The notes under the pieces were generated by a model. That model was not told the origin of the DNA, made no database searches, and saw only the letters and a program-made list of their open reading frames with translations. A program made the position numbers and the translations under genes. This document shows, one piece after another, positions 60,305-64,000 of a stretch of 64,000 bases of DNA; within the stretch, counting starts at the first letter, position 1, and every line of letters begins with the position of its first letter. Origin of the DNA: Rhynchobatus australiae (taxonomy: Eukaryota). Where the stretch lies: positions 70,632,158 to 70,696,157 of the forward strand of contig JAUZTB010000107.1 of assembly GCA_034780895.1 (NCBI GenBank), in the 5' to 3' direction.

Positions 60305-61875
60305 AGGAGGTGAGCATTATTGGTAAGGCCACCATTTATTCCCCATCCTTAATTGTCTTTGAGAGGTGTTGCTGAACTGCCACCTTAAACCAGTGCTGTG
60401 GTTTGATAAAGATGCTCCCACAATGCTATTAGTAAGGAGTTCCATCCACGATTTTGACCAAGTGATGATTATGGAATTGAAACATATTTCCAAGTCAGGA
60501 TGGTGTCTGACTTGAAGGAAACCTTCAGGTATTCCCCTGCACCAGGTACCTCCATCCCACGTGCTGTTGGATTAGCCTAGGCAAGCAACTGCAGTGCATT
60601 TTGTAGACTGCACACACTGTAGCTGCTGTGCACCAGTGGTGGAGGGAATGAACGCTTAGGGTGGTGGTTGGGCTACCAATCAAGTGGTTGCTTTGTTCTG
60701 GATGATTTTTGAACTTCTTCAGTGTTGCTGGAACTGCACTCAGGTGGAAATTATTCCAACAAAACCCTAATTTATATCTGGTAGATGGTAGAAAACCTTT
60801 GGGGTATAAGATGGTGAATCACTCATTGTGGAATACTCAGCCTCTGACCTGTTCTTGTAGCCACGATATTTACGTGACTGATCCAGTTAAATTTCTGTTG
60901 AATAATAATCACCAGGACATTGACAGTGAGGGACTCAGCGTTGAATGTCAAGGATAAGTGATTAGACTCGCTCTTGTTAGAGATGGTCTTTGCCAGGCAC
61001 TGTTGTGGCACAAACGTTACTTTTCACTTATCAGCACATGACTGGATGTTACCTCGGTCTTGTTGTACGCAAGTGTGGACTGTTTCATTTGCTGAATTGA
61101 AAATGGAATTAAGTATGTTGCAACCATCAGCCAAACATCTCCAGTTATGATGGGAGGAAGGTCATTAATTAAGTACCGAAGGTGGCTGGACACTGCCCCA
61201 AGGAATTCGTACAGAATGATCAAAGGGCTGAGAAAATTATTTCCAACAGCCACAATCGTCTACCTTTGTGCAGGTCATGGATTATTGGAATGTATATCCC
61301 TTAAAGTCCATTGACTTCAGTTTTACAAGTGCTCCTTAAAGTTGTTCTTGGTCAAACACTGCCTGGATGTTTAGGGCTAGTATTCTAATGATAGGGCAGT
61401 ACTTATCCACATTGCATTTGTCCTACTTTTTGTAAACCACATTGTTAAGTTGAAGTTGTAACTGTTCTGAAACAACTTGGTTCGAGGTACAGCGAGTTCT
61501 GGAGCACAAGTCTTCAGTACTTTAGCCAGAATGTCATCTGGTCCCATAGTCTTTGCTGTACCCAGTACTCTCAGCTGCCTCTTGATATCCCATGAGAGTA
61601 GGTTACAAATTTGAAGGAGTACGCCATTCGGCCCCTCAAGCCTACACCAACATTTCATAAGAATATGGGTGATTTGATTTGAACTGGCAAAAGACTGGAT
61701 TTTGACTTGGTGGGTAAAGCTGAGGAGGGATCATTCATTTGGTACTTCTGGGGGGAAATGATTGTGAATGCTTTAGCTCTGAATTTTGTACCTTTATGCT
61801 AGGCCACACCATAGCTGAGGATTGGGATTTCTCTTGGATCCTCTTCCTTCAATTATTCTAACTGTCCACCCATTG
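60305..61875 (-). mobile_element. Old CR1/L2-clade LINE, with a nested CR1 tail at about 61600-61680
   Basis: catttattccccatccttaattg tail. Minus-strand ORF remnants AKTMGPDDILAKVLKTCAPELAVP..KLFQ.SY and LINDLP. Insert ggagtacgccattcggcccctcaagcct. Confidence 0.75.
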
Positions 61876-61889
61876 TGCAAAATGGAGGA

Positions 61890-62310
61890 ATTGCACCTCA
61901 GAACATCCAAACGCATTTTACACTGAATGAAGTTTGCTCACTGTTGTAAAGGAGCAGATTCAACAGCTGAACTGTGTACAACAATGAAACAAATGACCAT
62001 ATCAATTGTCACCAAGAGCAACCCCCCCCAACTATATCAATTGTTCTAGGTTTTGGTTGAAGGAAAAACTAATGGCAATTTTACTGGGAAAACGCCTTCT
62101 CTCTTTAAATATTATCAAAGGACCTTTTACATCCATCTGAGAGAGCTGACAGAACTTTGTTCTGCATTTCATCTAAAAGCCCTCCAGTAGCCCAGCATTC
62201 TTTCAGCTCTGTAGTGAGGTGCCTTCCTGGATTAGGTGCCCAGCTCTCAGTGTAGGACTTGGAACACACAACCTTCCGAGTCAGAGGAAATAGGCCAGCA
62301 CTAAACCAGC
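61890..62310 (-). mobile_element. DeuSINE/SacSINE1-like, decayed
   Basis: ggaccttttacatccatctgagagagc...gtaggacttg.aacacacaaccttccgagtcagagg, the reverse complement of the family at 55862. Confidence 0.6.
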
Positions 62311-64000
62311 AACAAATTAATTAGCAATTGAGCTTTATGGAGAGCAATAATTTTGTCTTAAAAGGAAACATTGAAAGACAAATCTTCCTGCATCTTAAAT
62401 ATCAGCCCACATACATCTGTAACTATTGAACTGCCTCAACGCTATGTTATGCAAGTTGCAATTTTGCACTTTGCAAATCAAGAACTAGTTCTGAATTTGT
62501 GGTGTGCTTAAGTTAAAAATATTAGAAAATATTTCTAGAAAGGATGACTGAATATTCTGATTCCAAATTGAGAGTTATTTTAATCATATATAAAAATATA
62601 TCATGCCTCATTTTAATTCACAGAAGAAATTTATGTAACTGAATGCTTTACACTCTTTTTCCAATTAAAAGTCCACATAAATACTTGTTGTTCTACTGTA
62701 TCATGAACAATGATAGGGGCCTATAGTTGTAGAGTAATTCCTTCAATGCTTTTGAGTTAAAAATTTCCCAAATATTATAATTGAAACCATTTGAATTCCA
62801 TTCTCCTTGATATTTTAAGGATGGAAATTTTTTTCATTGCTTGGTTAGTCATTTTCCCTATTTTGTTGCATTAAGGGTTCTAAAAGACACCAGGCAAGAT
62901 GAGCAGTTAGTAAAAAAAAACAGGCACAGCAAGTTAATGCTTGAAGGTGAATTGTTATCTGGGTTTTCACAGTTGAATCTTATATTTACAAAGTAATCCG
63001 AGCAAGACTTCTTTACCATAATTTGCTTGTCACCAGTGAATAGTTCTCTAAAAGTCCAAAAAATTCAGATGCTATGAATACATCGTCTGCTTACAAGAGA
63101 AACGCTTTTCTCTTTGGAGAAAAATAAATTCTAAATATTGTTAATCATGGCAATATGATGTAACTCACAAAAATAATTCTAAATTGACAGATTTCTTAGA
63201 ATACAGAGCTTATCATTGATTTCTCATCACATTAAACCTTTTATAGGATATCGGAAACATCTTTACTGTTGTTCAGTCTCAGGAAATGAGCAAGGCAGTT
63301 ATTCTGTATAGTCACTATCTACATCAGGTGCAGTTGCTCATTCAAAGTAGGATAGCAATCATAAAATTAGAATGTTTCCCTGTGGAATACTAATTCAAAG
63401 CTGGATCTGTTTTATAACTTAGCCATCGAACTGAAAAATGTCCAAAATTCTGCTTAACAGTTAGCATTGTTTGCCTAAGAAGAACCTAATACAAAGACAG
63501 AAAACTAGAAAGTAAACCATCTAGTCATATAAAATACTCTAAAATATACCAAAAAGACACCTAGTTCACTTCAAGTCCATTGTTATTCTTCCTGGTCTTG
63601 CTCAAAGCAGGCTTTTACTATCTGAATGTATTTCTTGAAAAGCAAATTTTTATGAAAAGGGAGTTTTGTCAAAGCATTGTTAAAGTAAAGGAATTTCATC
63701 AATATATTTATGGTGTAAAAACAACTTTTATTAGTAATAAAAAAAAATCATTCAGTATAACAGTTCAATGGGTAAAGTTTCTAACTACTCTCCTTAAAAC
63801 GAAGGAGTTCTGACTTCTTATGCTGTCAGGAACATTCTGCGGCAATATAAACCATGCACAGGTAAAGTGGTTGTAATCTAATGCTCCAGGGCCTGATACA
63901 TTTCTGAAGGAATGCATGATAGGAAGGGGAAGATAAAAGAATTTAGTCTTGCAACTCTATAACCTCCTCTTTAATGATGGCCTGTGCACTTTGAGGAATG

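Overview
Eukaryotic (vertebrate) genomic DNA, not prokaryotic. The repeat content (V-SINE/HE1-like, DeuSINE/SacSINE1-like, CR1, Rex1/Babar, Penelope) points to a cartilaginous fish, probably a ray or shark; this is an inference. It is a draft assembly with about 15 N-gaps. The only protein-coding gene is the 3' part of the receptor tyrosine kinase EphA4 on the minus strand. Twelve coding exons (6-17 by recalled human numbering) run from 55185 to the stop codon at 30483-30485. They encode FN3-2, TM, juxtamembrane, kinase, SAM and the PDZ-binding motif MVPV*. All visible junctions are GT-AG and in phase; the end of exon 15 falls in a 100-N gap. A probable non-coding terminal exon lies at about 26050-27064. 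Positions 1 to about 26000 are gene-free 3' flank, and 55186-64000 is intron 5. The rest is decayed retroelements, a solo LTR, a Tc1 end, a minisatellite and a few enhancer-like segments. I found no convincing wholly new biological system. The best leads are regulatory (3'UTR intron, paired miR-17 sites, intronic enhancer candidate, inverted repeats around exons 6-8) and transposon-related (tail-swapped V-SINEs, palindromic hammerhead-like Penelope ends, a possibly horizontally transferred Tc1). Repeat boundaries are approximate, and all cross-species comparisons are from memory and need alignment.
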